Of a stretch of 57,536 bases of DNA, positions 1 to 8,807 are shown in pieces. The notes beneath the pieces were generated by a model, which saw only the letters and a list, made by a program, of their open reading frames with translations, did not search any database and was not told the origin of the DNA. The stretch lies in IMG/VR virus record IMGVR_UViG_3300035703_000110, positions 1-57,536 of that record. The stretch is one strand, 5' to 3'. Each line of letters opens with the position of its first letter. The first letter of the stretch is position 1. The position numbers and the translations under genes are program-made. Origin of the DNA: a virus (lineage: Duplodnaviria > Caudoviricetes).

Positions 1-127
1 TCCTTACTTCAGCAACTCAGCCGGGTTCCGACCGCCGCTTACTTCAGCAACTCAGCCGGGTTCCGATTTTTGGATCAAAAAGAATTTCACAAAAAGATTA
101 CACCACTGAAAAATAGTGTGATACATT
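1..127. repeat. 127-bp terminal direct repeat (circular assembly overlap), copy 1
   Basis: Identical to 57410-57536. The length of 127 matches a common assembler k-mer. Confidence 0.95.
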
Positions 128-164
128 AATGGCTCACCTATTCATTGCATATACGGAGTTTTTT

Positions 165-506
165 ATGTCCTCATCCAAAGTCAAACCAATCGTCATCAAC
201 CCTGAAAAGAATGTGCCTGTGCCCAAGTCCAAACGTGCAACGGTGGGTTACTCTTTCTCAGCCGAGGTGTCGGCCCTGGAAATCGGAGAATGCTGCAGCC
301 GCGTGAAGCGCATTCAAGCTGACATGACGTTCGATGAGTTCCGTGAGTTGAACAGTGAAATGCGCAATGCGTTCCGCAACAACCTCGCACACGCTCTCAA
401 AACAGCAAAGCAAAACCTCGGCCATGAATACACCATGGAAATCACCAACGCCATGACCACACCCGGCTATGTGTACTTGGTTGCAATCGTTACACGAATC
501 GGCTAA
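165..506 (+). CDS. hypothetical phage protein
   Basis: ORF 129-506. GGAG precedes the ATG at 165 (MSSSKVKP). Confidence 0.75.
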   Translation: MSSSKVKPIVINPEKNVPVPKSKRATVGYSFSAEVSALEIGECCSRVKRIQADMTFDEFRELNSEMRNAFRNNLAHALKTAKQNLGHEYTMEITNAMTTPGYVYLVAIVTRIG

Positions 507-522
507 CACTTAAAAATAGTTG

Positions 523-563
523 TTGCGATTGGCGAATTCTCAGTTATAATTCCACAAACGGTT
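523..563 (+). promoter_or_regulatory. sigma70-like promoter with conserved TATAATTCCACAAACGGTT box (copy 1 of 4)
   Basis: TTGCGA-16-TATAAT followed by TCCACAAACGGTT. Confidence 0.75.
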
Positions 564-665
564 CCCCAACAAACCATCAAAAGTTACTCTGAATCGCAGG
601 GATTTTTCTGGACGTTGAGGGGTTTTCTACAGAGTCAACCACCCTATTTTTAAGCGAGACACCTT

Positions 666-1067
666 ATGACAACAAACCTTATCTTGGTTCCGGCACAAGC
701 TGAAGCTGTTTACAACGCAATGCAAGCGTTGATCTTTGTTGGTGGGAAACTGGATGTGAAGTTACCCAACCGTCCCGGTAACAAATCCCTGCGCGTACTC
801 GAACGCACAGACGGCCAAATAGTTGTGACGATCACAGGTAGTTTCCGTGTAAACGATGAGCACGAATCACACTTTGACCAAGCGGCTTTTGCACGCGCTT
901 ACAACATCGGCCCAAGCAGCGTTGCGCCTGCAAAAGTAACTCCGTGGCAAGAGCGGTATGACCCTGAAGGTTTTAAGCGTGGCGCACCCCGGACAAAAGA
1001 AGACGCAATGGCTTTTGAAATTGCAGAACTGCGCGAGGCTTTGAAAGTTTCGCAGGAAATTTTCTAG
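666..1067 (+). CDS. hypothetical protein, paralog family member 1
   Basis: Its N-terminus MTTNLILVPAQA is shared with the next gene. Confidence 0.8.
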   Translation: MTTNLILVPAQAEAVYNAMQALIFVGGKLDVKLPNRPGNKSLRVLERTDGQIVVTITGSFRVNDEHESHFDQAAFARAYNIGPSSVAPAKVTPWQERYDPEGFKRGAPRTKEDAMAFEIAELREALKVSQEIF

Positions 1068-1101
1068 ACGTTTGGCCCCTTCAAAGAAAGCGAGACACCC
1101 T

Positions 1102-1644
1102 ATGACAACAAACCTTATCTTGACCCCGGCACAAGCTCAAGCTGCATACATTGCGGGCAGTGCTCTCAAATCGGTACATGCAACTATCGACATCATTTTT
1201 GCGATCAACGGAAAAAACCAGTTTTTCTCTTTGTGGGAAACCACCGCAGGCCACGTCAAAGTCGCCACGGGCGCATTCAAAGAGCAATACGATAGCTGGC
1301 AAGCCTTTGGTGAAACCTACAGCGTGCCACAGGTGAAGCCACGCTTTGACCTGGACAAACTGGTCAACGAGGCCAAAGAACGCCTTGCTGTTCAGCTTGA
1401 CCATGCTGTTGCGATTGAATCGCTCAACATCAAGTACGAGTTTGCTGTTGCAAAAGAGTTACTCAACTTTCTCTTTCCTGAGCAAAACGCTTTTGAACGA
1501 CTCTTGGCGTCCCGTGTATGGCCTGGTTATCACTCTGCTTGGAATTGGAAACAAGAGAACCCGTTTCAAAGCGGTGACCAGTTGTTAACTCCCGAGGCTT
1601 TTTGGGAGCGTTTAGAAAAAAAAGTCCGTCCAATCCGCGCTTAA
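1102..1644 (+). CDS. hypothetical protein, paralog family member 2
   Basis: MTTNLILTPAQA start at ATG 1102 with a duplicated leader. FDLDKLVNEAKERL is shared with member 3. Confidence 0.8.
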   Translation: MTTNLILTPAQAQAAYIAGSALKSVHATIDIIFAINGKNQFFSLWETTAGHVKVATGAFKEQYDSWQAFGETYSVPQVKPRFDLDKLVNEAKERLAVQLDHAVAIESLNIKYEFAVAKELLNFLFPEQNAFERLLASRVWPGYHSAWNWKQENPFQSGDQLLTPEAFWERLEKKVRPIRA

Positions 1645-1662
1645 CTTACCAATAAAACCATC

Positions 1663-2433
1663 ATGAAAAACCCTGTACTCAACCAAGAGCAAGCCGAGTT
1701 TCTGTTTGAACATTTCTCAAATATCCTTGCTGCCGCTGACAAACCCGTCAAGGTCACCGTGAAAACCGATACATGGTTTGCCGTGATCTTTGAAGACAAG
1801 ACGATCTATGCGTCGGGTGACTGCGCCCACGAGCGCCATGACTCATTGGAAGCGTTTGCCGACTTCTACGCAAAGCACTTCGAGCTGACATCAATTCAAC
1901 CCGGATTCAACCTCGACCGATTGGTCAATGAAGCCAAAGCCCGCTTGGAAAAGCAACTCCAAGACTCGGTTGATGAGGCCTTGAGCCGCGTGCGTTTTGG
2001 CTTCATCGTGGGTGAGCAAAATTTAAAGTTGCAAAATCTGATTGCGCAGTGTGACCCTGAAAATGAGACTGAGTATCAAACTCTTTTGCGGTTGCGAATT
2101 AAAGCCAAACAGACAGGTGACAAAGCTTTGGCTCTTGCACTCAAGCTCAAAATGAACGAGGTCTATTTTGGCAAGTTCCCCCACCATGACCCCCGGCTAT
2201 ACGGGCACTTGGACCCTAGCTTGTATGGTCACCCGGTCTTGGATTACGGCGTGACGACTGAAAAACGAGTGCGCCGTGAAGCAGTCGATGACATCAACCG
2301 AGTCTTGGCCCGCCGTGAAGCAATCGACCTGTACGGCTTCATGTTCAACCCGAAAACAGAAACCATTGCCAAAGAGTTGACCCCGTGGCACAAGCGTGCT
2401 TTGAACTGGATCACCCGGCCATTTCAAAAGTAA
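1663..2433 (+). CDS. hypothetical protein, paralog family member 3
   Basis: 256-aa ORF containing FNLDRLVNEAKARL. Confidence 0.8.
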   Translation: MKNPVLNQEQAEFLFEHFSNILAAADKPVKVTVKTDTWFAVIFEDKTIYASGDCAHERHDSLEAFADFYAKHFELTSIQPGFNLDRLVNEAKARLEKQLQDSVDEALSRVRFGFIVGEQNLKLQNLIAQCDPENETEYQTLLRLRIKAKQTGDKALALALKLKMNEVYFGKFPHHDPRLYGHLDPSLYGHPVLDYGVTTEKRVRREAVDDINRVLARREAIDLYGFMFNPKTETIAKELTPWHKRALNWITRPFQK

Positions 2434-2487
2434 CTCTGCAGCAAATTTTCTCTACGTTTACCCCTTCACAGAAAGCCTTGACACCCT

Positions 2488-2889
2488 ATGAAACTCTTTC
2501 AAAAACTTTTCTCTTGCCTGACCACTCCTACCGCTGCACAAAACGCCGTGATCGAGTTGGCTAATGCCGAGCGTGACCTGTTGGAATCGCAAACCGGCCG
2601 GGAGTTTGCCGACGCCATGGTCAAGTACAACGAAGCCCGCATTGCCCGTTTGAAGCGCTACACACAAGACGTGGCAAAAGCTGAAGTTGCACCGTTCCCA
2701 CCGATTGCCGAAAAGCCCACCCACGGCATTTTCCACGTCATGTATCAAACCGGTGATGCCGACGCGCCCGAGGTCATCAAAGACAGCAATGGTGAAGTGA
2801 TTTTGAATCTGTGCAAGGTGTGCGGACAAGCTGAGTCCGAGTTGGGTGAGTCGTGCCCTGGAAAGCGGGTGCGCAATGGAAACAGCTAA
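2488..2889 (+). CDS. hypothetical protein with C-terminal CxxC...C
   Basis: 133-aa ORF whose leader is related to those at ~600 and ~1050. Confidence 0.75.
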   Translation: MKLFQKLFSCLTTPTAAQNAVIELANAERDLLESQTGREFADAMVKYNEARIARLKRYTQDVAKAEVAPFPPIAEKPTHGIFHVMYQTGDADAPEVIKDSNGEVILNLCKVCGQAESELGESCPGKRVRNGNS

Positions 2890-3325
2890 AGCCCCGAGCA
2901 CTCCACCAAGTGACCCGTTTGTCTTGCCGGTGAAATCCCGTGAGCATTTGTCACGGAAGCGAATCGACCGCATTGTCTACCTTTGCCGAGAAGACGGCAA
3001 AGACACAACCTATGACATTGTGAACACCGCAATCGAGTTCTTTCTACACGGTAGCGGAAACAACCCTGCCCGAGTCGAACGCCTCAAAGCGTTAGAAGAC
3101 ATCGCAGCTATGGCAACCGTAGGAGCCACTTACCCCGAGCTTATGCAGTACCTGCAGTCTGAAATAGAAAAAGCCGAGGATGTTGAGGCTTACGAAAAGT
3201 GTCCGTACTGCGGCATCCGTTGTGTAGCGCCATGTGATAGCCCGCCGCCCGGACCTTGCGAACAAGCCTGCAACGTCATGTACGGCGCTGACCCAACCAA
3301 ACCACGTAAATCAACCGGAGAATAA
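2876..3325 (+). CDS. hypothetical protein with Cys-rich C-terminus
   Basis: CPYCGIRCVAPC motif. It overlaps the upstream gene. Confidence 0.7.
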   Translation: METAKAPSTPPSDPFVLPVKSREHLSRKRIDRIVYLCREDGKDTTYDIVNTAIEFFLHGSGNNPARVERLKALEDIAAMATVGATYPELMQYLQSEIEKAEDVEAYEKCPYCGIRCVAPCDSPPPGPCEQACNVMYGADPTKPRKSTGE

Positions 3326-3328
3326 ACC

Positions 3329-3694
3329 ATGAACTTTTGGCCCTTCAACATCGCAGCAAAACGCCGTGCAGCCGAGCAAGCCGCTAAAGAACTCAAGGCA
3401 GAGCGTGAACGCGCCTACCGCGACTATCTTGCCCGCACCCCTACCAAGGCACGCACGATCCCGCCAGCAACCCGGCCAACGCCTGTCAACCGCACCGCAG
3501 TGCCCACAACAAGCCGCGATGACACCACGGACATCAGTAACCCGCTACACCCCTTCAATCCGCTCAATCCGATTAGCCCGGTGAGCGTGTGGGCTTCGAG
3601 CAATCATAGTGAGCCAACTAAACAGAGTTGCGACCCTAGCCCGAGCTATGAATCGAGTAGCTGCGACACAGGCTCACCTAGCTCCTATGACTGA
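3329..3694 (+). CDS. hypothetical protein with Ser/Asp-rich tail
   Basis: 121-aa ORF with NPLHPFNPLNPISP and a low-complexity C-terminus. Confidence 0.7.
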   Translation: MNFWPFNIAAKRRAAEQAAKELKAERERAYRDYLARTPTKARTIPPATRPTPVNRTAVPTTSRDDTTDISNPLHPFNPLNPISPVSVWASSNHSEPTKQSCDPSPSYESSSCDTGSPSSYD

Positions 3695-3703
3695 AAGCCT
3701 GTC

Positions 3704-3868
3704 ATGAACTTTCGTGAGCACTTTGAAGCGTGGCATCTTAAAAAGTACGGCTATGTGTCACAAGGCAAGGGCACAGCGCTTAACTACACCTACAGCGGAG
3801 CCTCTATGCAGGCCCGGTGGGAAGCGTGGCAGGCCTGTGCGTCATGGTGCTCATCCCAAACACTGTAG
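3704..3868 (+). CDS. small hypothetical protein (54 aa, FEAW...WEAWQA type), not in ORF track
   Basis: Translated by hand: MNFREHFEAWHLKKYGY...QARWEAWQACASWCSSQTL. It fills the gap between neighbouring genes. Confidence 0.75.
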   Translation: MNFREHFEAWHLKKYGYVSQGKGTALNYTYSGASMQARWEAWQACASWCSSQTL

Positions 3869-3878
3869 GAGAAACCCT

Positions 3879-4184
3879 GTGCCAAACCCTGTTGTACTTG
3901 CGGCCCTTCGGACATTGGAAGCCTCAAGATTTACTCTGTTTAAAGCCGAGCACTTCGGCAAGGTGGTGTACCTGAGTGATGAAAACGGGTGCATTTTCAA
4001 ACTGGCAACGTATCAAGGCAAGACTTACTTTATCAAGACCATGCCCGAGGTCATTGAGTCACCCTTGGACTTTGTGTGGGGCATCATTTTGAAGCTCATC
4101 CGGGTCGCTGTGATAGGTACTTTGATCCTACACGCAGCTCTGTACTTGGGTGGTTATTACGGCAACTTTTTTGCATGGAGTTAG
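3879..4184 (+). CDS. hypothetical membrane protein
   Basis: AGGAGA precedes GTG 3879. The C-terminus is hydrophobic. Confidence 0.65.
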   Translation: MPNPVVLAALRTLEASRFTLFKAEHFGKVVYLSDENGCIFKLATYQGKTYFIKTMPEVIESPLDFVWGIILKLIRVAVIGTLILHAALYLGGYYGNFFAWS

Positions 4185-4186
4185 TC

Positions 4187-4312
4187 ATGGATTGGCTCAC
4201 CTTGATTGGACTAGGTTTTACTGAAGTAGGGCTTGCCCTCTACCTCGGCAAATTCCTCGCATGGATCACTGCAGGCTTTGATGATGATGAAGACCTGGAT
4301 GAGTCAGAGTGA
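4187..4312 (+). CDS. small membrane protein with acidic tail
   Basis: GGAG RBS, then MDWLTLIGLG...DDDEDLDESE. Confidence 0.65.
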   Translation: MDWLTLIGLGFTEVGLALYLGKFLAWITAGFDDDEDLDESE

Positions 4313-4351
4313 CTCTACGGAAATTTTTTATAGGCTTTGGGGTCAAAAAAG

Positions 4352-4395
4352 TTGCCAACCACCCTAAAGCCTGTACTATAATTCCACAAACGGTT
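4352..4395 (+). promoter_or_regulatory. promoter with conserved box (copy 2)
   Basis: TTGCCA...TATAATTCCACAAACGGTT. Confidence 0.75.
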
Positions 4396-4405
4396 TTTTA
4401 ATTAA

Positions 4406-4597
4406 ATGATGCTGACACCCGAAGAAAAAGAAGCCTTGGAATCTATTAACGCTAACCGAGTCAGCCCACATAAGCATGTGATCGTTTCGTTGAAAGCCCG
4501 TAAATTGATTGTCCCGAGTAGCTCAGGCAGTTTTGTGATTACCCCAACCGGCTTGCGTGCAATGCAGGCCAAAACCTTGAAGAAAGAGAAACCCTAA
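4406..4597 (+). CDS. small hypothetical protein, winged-helix-like
   Basis: LTPEEKEAL...LKARKLI...ITPTG pattern. Confidence 0.65.
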   Translation: MMLTPEEKEALESINANRVSPHKHVIVSLKARKLIVPSSSGSFVITPTGLRAMQAKTLKKEKP

Positions 4598-4941
4598 TGA
4601 CTTCCTCCGCAAAAGCAATGTTGGCCGCTATCATGGCCCTCTCAAGTTCCGGCATGGCCCGCGCCACGCCCAAACCGCGCACCCGCACATTCAAAGTTCA
4701 TCCGAAGAACTACACCAAGCCCATGGTGGTTTCCTCTTTCAAGGAAATTTCCGCATGGAATAACGGCGTCATCAAAGCCAAACGTGAACGCATGGACGAC
4801 CGACTCAATCACCGTCAAGCCGTAATTAGCGCGATTGTCGGCTTAGGTGGTTCCGTGGACTTCAGCAACTCACGCGGCAAGATTTCTGCCTACTTGCTGA
4901 AGCAGTTGGATTACATCACTCGTACCACAGCTCTGCGCTAA
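4597..4941 (+). CDS. hypothetical protein
   Basis: TAATG coupling with the upstream gene. Confidence 0.7.
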   Translation: MTSSAKAMLAAIMALSSSGMARATPKPRTRTFKVHPKNYTKPMVVSSFKEISAWNNGVIKAKRERMDDRLNHRQAVISAIVGLGGSVDFSNSRGKISAYLLKQLDYITRTTALR

Positions 4942-4947
4942 AAAGCT

Positions 4948-5289
4948 ATGCCTACAGAAGTACACGCGCATCAAGGCTCCCGGCAAAGCGGTAACACGCT
5001 CATGGCCGTGGCCTTGCTCAAGGGCTTGCTGTCTATGGGTTGCGATGCACTCTACATTGGCTATTCAAAAACTTTAGTCAGTGACGTTGCACGCCGGTAC
5101 GAGTTGTACCCAAACCAAGTATGTCATTGGTCACCGAGCGTTGCAGCTCTCCGGCCATACCGTACCTACATTTTGGATGACACGTATTTCTTTGAATCGC
5201 TCCCGTTTGTTGGGAGTAACCCGGTAGAGTTTTTGAGAAATCGCCAGCGCGTGTTTTCGGAACCCTGCCAAATTTTTGTCTTCAACTAA
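4948..5289 (+). CDS. hypothetical protein with degenerate P-loop-like motifs
   Basis: GSRQSGNT (Walker A-like, Lys absent) and ILDD (Walker B-like). Confidence 0.6.
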   Translation: MPTEVHAHQGSRQSGNTLMAVALLKGLLSMGCDALYIGYSKTLVSDVARRYELYPNQVCHWSPSVAALRPYRTYILDDTYFFESLPFVGSNPVEFLRNRQRVFSEPCQIFVFN

Positions 5290-5306
5290 AGAAAGCCCTT
5301 TCAATC

Positions 5307-6278
5307 ATGTCCAACGAACTGCTACAACTCAACCCCGGCTCTGTCAAAAAAGCAACCGTGGGTATTTCCTCCGGCGACCTGTGGAAAATGCCACGCGATC
5401 GTATCCGTGTGATCGAGGGTTTCAACGTGCGCGAGAAAGACGCGGACTACAAGGCCAACGTGCGCAAGTACGCGGACAGCATGAAGGCCAACGGCTACGA
5501 TGAAACCAAACCGATGGCCGGTTACGTCTTTGAAGAAAACGGCGAACACTACATTGGCCTGATTGACGGTCACACCCGCTTGGATGCAGTTGACTTGGCA
5601 AACAAGGAAGGTGCAGAAATCTCGATCATCCCTGTGGTGACAAAGGCCCGTGGTACATCCATGGAAGACATCACGATTGGCTTGGTCACCAGCAACAGCG
5701 GCGCAGCTCTGAAGCCTTTGGAAATTGCGAAGGTCTGCAAGCGTTTGGTGGGCTACCAAATGGATGTGAAAGACATTGCCGCCCGACTCACGCTGACCCC
5801 GGCCTACGTCAACCAGTTGCTCGATTTGTTGGCTGCACCCAAGGCAGTGCGTGAACTGGTTGCCAATGGCACTATTGCCGCCACCCTGGCAATGGACACC
5901 CTGAAGAAACACGGCAAAGACGCGGCCAAGATGCTGACTGCCGGTGTGAAAGAAGCCAAGGTTACCGGCAAGACCCGCGTAACTGCGAAGCACGTCAAAG
6001 CCGCCACAGCGCCTAAAACGAAGCTTGCCAAGGGTAAGTCCAGCACCAAGGCTCAAAAAGCTGCCCAAGAGGCTACGCCGAGCACCACAGCGCCTACCGA
6101 TACCGACAACCTGTTGGAATTGGGCCGTGTCTGGATTGAAGAACACCAAACAGGTCACGCACCTGAAATGGATCGTTGCAAAGAAATGCTGGCCTTCATT
6201 GCCGGTGTAGCCATCGAACGAGTCCAAGCGCTGTTCCCTGCCCCGGCTGCAGGCAGTGCGGACGATGAGCAACTTTGA
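5307..6278 (+). CDS. ParB/Srx N-terminal domain protein with HTH
   Basis: GFNVRE...LIDGHTRL ParB-like motifs and a VKDIAARLTLTPAYVNQLL HTH. Confidence 0.8.
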   Translation: MSNELLQLNPGSVKKATVGISSGDLWKMPRDRIRVIEGFNVREKDADYKANVRKYADSMKANGYDETKPMAGYVFEENGEHYIGLIDGHTRLDAVDLANKEGAEISIIPVVTKARGTSMEDITIGLVTSNSGAALKPLEIAKVCKRLVGYQMDVKDIAARLTLTPAYVNQLLDLLAAPKAVRELVANGTIAATLAMDTLKKHGKDAAKMLTAGVKEAKVTGKTRVTAKHVKAATAPKTKLAKGKSSTKAQKAAQEATPSTTAPTDTDNLLELGRVWIEEHQTGHAPEMDRCKEMLAFIAGVAIERVQALFPAPAAGSADDEQL

Positions 6279-6289
6279 AAGCCCACGCC

Positions 6290-7219
6290 ATGTTTAAAGG
6301 ATTTACCGTCTACAAGCTTTTGAAGCGTATCCCTTTGGCGACTCTTGAAGACGCCTTGGCGAGTGACCCGTTTATGCCCATTGGTTTGTCGCAAGAAAAA
6401 TCAGTGGGTTGGACGCCGCCACGGGGTAACGAGCATGACGCATTTGTGGAGGCAATCGGTGACCATCACATTGCAACCTTTGTCATCGAAACGAAGTCTG
6501 TACCTGCCTCGGCCATCAAGCCGGTGCTCGATGAGCGCTTGGCTGAAATTGAAGACTCGACCGGGCGCAAACCGGGCAAACGTGAGCGCCGGGAACTCGG
6601 TGATGAAGTCCGCTTGGAGCTGCTACCTAAAGCCTTTCCCAAGAAATCTCATATCACCATGTGGATTGACAAAAAGGCCGGGTACATCGTGTTTGACAGC
6701 ACGAGCCAATCGAAAATCGATGAGGTGGTTACCTCGTTGGTGCGTAACTGCAAAGACGTGAACATTCAACTTGTGAACACCAGCACAAGCCCGGTTGCGT
6801 GGATGGCGGCGGTGCTCATCGATAGCGACCAACTCTCATCGAAATTCACCATCGACCGTGAGTGCGAACTCAAGGCGTCCGATGAAACTAAGGCAGTGGT
6901 CAAGTACAGCAAGCATCCCTTGGACATCGCAGAAGTCCGGGCGCACATTCAACAGGGCAAGATGCCTACCAAGCTGGCCTTGACTTGGAATGACCGCGTG
7001 AGCTTTGTGCTGACCGAGAGCTTGGCTGTGAAAAAGGTTGTGTTTTTGGACACGGTTTTTGAGAGCCAAAGCAGCAAAGAAAACGATGACGACTTTGATG
7101 CTGACGTGGCTATCGTGACCGGTGAACTCAGCGCCTTGATCCCTGAACTCTTTGATGAGCTTGGCGGTGAGCTGAGTGACGGCGAGGTGAAGACTGACCC
7201 CGAGGATGAAGAACTGTGA
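6290..7219 (+). CDS. rdgC: recombination-associated protein RdgC
   Basis: MFK start, SVGWTPP, ELLPKAF, KLALTWNDRVSFVLTE and FDADVAIVTGEL motifs. Confidence 0.93.
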   Translation: MFKGFTVYKLLKRIPLATLEDALASDPFMPIGLSQEKSVGWTPPRGNEHDAFVEAIGDHHIATFVIETKSVPASAIKPVLDERLAEIEDSTGRKPGKRERRELGDEVRLELLPKAFPKKSHITMWIDKKAGYIVFDSTSQSKIDEVVTSLVRNCKDVNIQLVNTSTSPVAWMAAVLIDSDQLSSKFTIDRECELKASDETKAVVKYSKHPLDIAEVRAHIQQGKMPTKLALTWNDRVSFVLTESLAVKKVVFLDTVFESQSSKENDDDFDADVAIVTGELSALIPELFDELGGELSDGEVKTDPEDEEL

Positions 7220-7467
7220 AAAAACGACCAGGGCCGAAAATCGATGAAACGAAGTACGCTCAGGTCGAAGCTTTCTTGCTTATGCAACCGGGGGAATCGT
7301 TCTTTGTTGCAGGCAAGAAAGCCGCTGACCTTGCGTACCTCCGCAGACCTGTGCAGAAGGCGGGCGCAGGTATCCAAATCATTGAAGTGCTCCGCGACAC
7401 CGTACACCAGACAAACGGGGTGCGCGTGTGGCGTCGGGCCGGTAGCATTGATGAGAGCGAACTGTAA
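7216..7467 (+). CDS. hypothetical protein (MQPGESFFV...GVRVWR family)
   Basis: GTGA overlap with rdgC. Confidence 0.75.
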   Translation: MKKRPGPKIDETKYAQVEAFLLMQPGESFFVAGKKAADLAYLRRPVQKAGAGIQIIEVLRDTVHQTNGVRVWRRAGSIDESEL

Positions 7468-7474
7468 AAATAGT

Positions 7475-7515
7475 TTGCACTTTTTTAAAGGGTTCGTATA
7501 ATTCCACAAATGGTT
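7475..7515 (+). promoter_or_regulatory. promoter with conserved box (copy 3)
   Basis: TTGCAC-16-TATAATTCCACAAATGGTT. Confidence 0.75.
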
Positions 7516-7656
7516 CCAAGTAACAAAACCCGAGGTGACGCAATTGATGCACTGCTTAGGCTGTTATTGGTGATCCACCCTACCACCCGAAAACTGTTGT
7601 CCCACCAGATAGCAGAAGTCCTTTCACAGATTGTCACGGAAGAAATGAAACGATGA
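7510..7656 (+). CDS. small hypothetical protein (48 aa), possibly leaderless
   Basis: MVPSNKTRGDAIDALLRLL...EEMKR. It ends in an ATGA overlap with the 7653 gene. Confidence 0.55.
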   Translation: MVPSNKTRGDAIDALLRLLLVIHPTTRKLLSHQIAEVLSQIVTEEMKR

Positions 7657-8039
7657 AAAAGCCTGATTTTGAGCCCAACCTGAGCCACCTCGAAAGCTTG
7701 TTGCGCATGAGCAAAAGCGTGGTCTTTGTGTCCGACCGCAGCACCGGCAAGCAAGTGCGCAAGGTGTGTCACTCTTTGGGCCTGCCATGTTTCTTTGCAG
7801 CAAAGGAAACCCCGCACAGCTTGTTGCCAGGGCAAGCCGCTCACTTTGAACGTGACTTGAGTAACTTTGTCACGATCATCGAAACCTACACACTCACACC
7901 CGAGTGGCGCACACTGGCAGAGCAAGTCTTTTGGATTGCCAACCCACCGATTACCCCTGAAGCCATCCGGGTGTACGAGCAAGCAATAGCGATGGCCCCC
8001 GGCTCGGTCGTCACGCACATTGAAAATTGGGGGCTCTAG
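7653..8039 (+). CDS. hypothetical protein
   Basis: 128-aa ORF within the operon. Confidence 0.7.
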   Translation: MKKPDFEPNLSHLESLLRMSKSVVFVSDRSTGKQVRKVCHSLGLPCFFAAKETPHSLLPGQAAHFERDLSNFVTIIETYTLTPEWRTLAEQVFWIANPPITPEAIRVYEQAIAMAPGSVVTHIENWGL

Positions 8040-8284
8040 TGCCTATCAAAACGATCAACCTGCGCGTGTCACTCGATGACATCAAGAAACTCAAACACGA
8101 GGTGTTGGAGAACATCAAACTGGTTGAAAAAATGCGTGCAGCGGGCATCCCGGTGGTGGGTAAGCTCGTGCTCTCCGGCATCACCCATGGCACGCTGACA
8201 CATCACGTTGAGGAAGACCTTGACGGTGACACGTTGGTCTACACATGGACCGGCGAAGTCGCCATTGTGGAGGATGAACTTTGA
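8027..8284 (+). CDS. hypothetical protein
   Basis: 85-aa ORF ending VEDEL. Confidence 0.7.
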   Translation: MGALVPIKTINLRVSLDDIKKLKHEVLENIKLVEKMRAAGIPVVGKLVLSGITHGTLTHHVEEDLDGDTLVYTWTGEVAIVEDEL

Positions 8285-8634
8285 ACTTAGAGCAACACCG
8301 GGCCAAGCTGATTAAGGCCATCGACCACTATCAACGCGCATGGGGCGCTAAAGAAGTGGCTATGCGTTACAAACCGGTGTTCGATGCCGTCAACGAGTTG
8401 TATGGGTTACTCGGGTTGACTACCGGTGAACAACCCGCCGAGCCCACCTTTCGACTCAACACGGAAAAAACGGTTGCAGTAAGCGCCAACGTCTACTTGG
8501 AAAAATGTGACGCCAGCACCCCGCGTGGCGTGAAGCTGCAGCTACTCACAGCCGGGGGCATCCTGGTGTATGGTTGCTACCACGGCGAAAGTTGGGTAAC
8601 ACATTGGGCTCCCTGCCCTCGACGGAGAGACTGA
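8281..8634 (+). CDS. hypothetical protein with DUF551-like C-terminus
   Basis: WVTHWAPCP end motif and a TTGA overlap. Confidence 0.65.
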   Translation: MNLEQHRAKLIKAIDHYQRAWGAKEVAMRYKPVFDAVNELYGLLGLTTGEQPAEPTFRLNTEKTVAVSANVYLEKCDASTPRGVKLQLLTAGGILVYGCYHGESWVTHWAPCPRRRD

Positions 8635-8636
8635 CC

Positions 8637-8807
8637 ATGAGCACATCAAACGAATTGCAAAAACTCAACAACCAGTTGGCCGAGTTGGAGAGTCGTTTGG
8701 TGGTGCTGCAACAAAGCAAGTTGTTTGCGTCCGCTGAGAAAATCGAACGCAAAATCAGTGAAGTAAAAAAGCTAATCAACCGAGCTAAAAAGGAACCCTC
8801 CAAATGA
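8637..8807 (+). CDS. small coiled-coil protein
   Basis: GGAG RBS, MSTSNELQKL..., and an ATGA overlap with the next gene. Confidence 0.7.
   Translation: MSTSNELQKLNNQLAELESRLVVLQQSKLFASAEKIERKISEVKKLINRAKKEPSK

Noticed and set aside
3-66. Mini CRISPR array
   Set aside because: There are only two 29-bp repeats with a 6-bp gap. The Cas4-like gene is the usual phage DUF2800 nuclease, and no cas operon is present.
1-127. Biological terminal repeat (DTR)
   Set aside because: The exact 127-bp overlap is typical of assembler circularisation. The lambda-type terminase and cos-like site point to ends near 53940.
3714-3878. N-terminal part of the 156-aa track ORF
   Set aside because: It is better explained by a separate 54-aa gene (3704-3868) and a GTG start at 3879 with AGGAGA.
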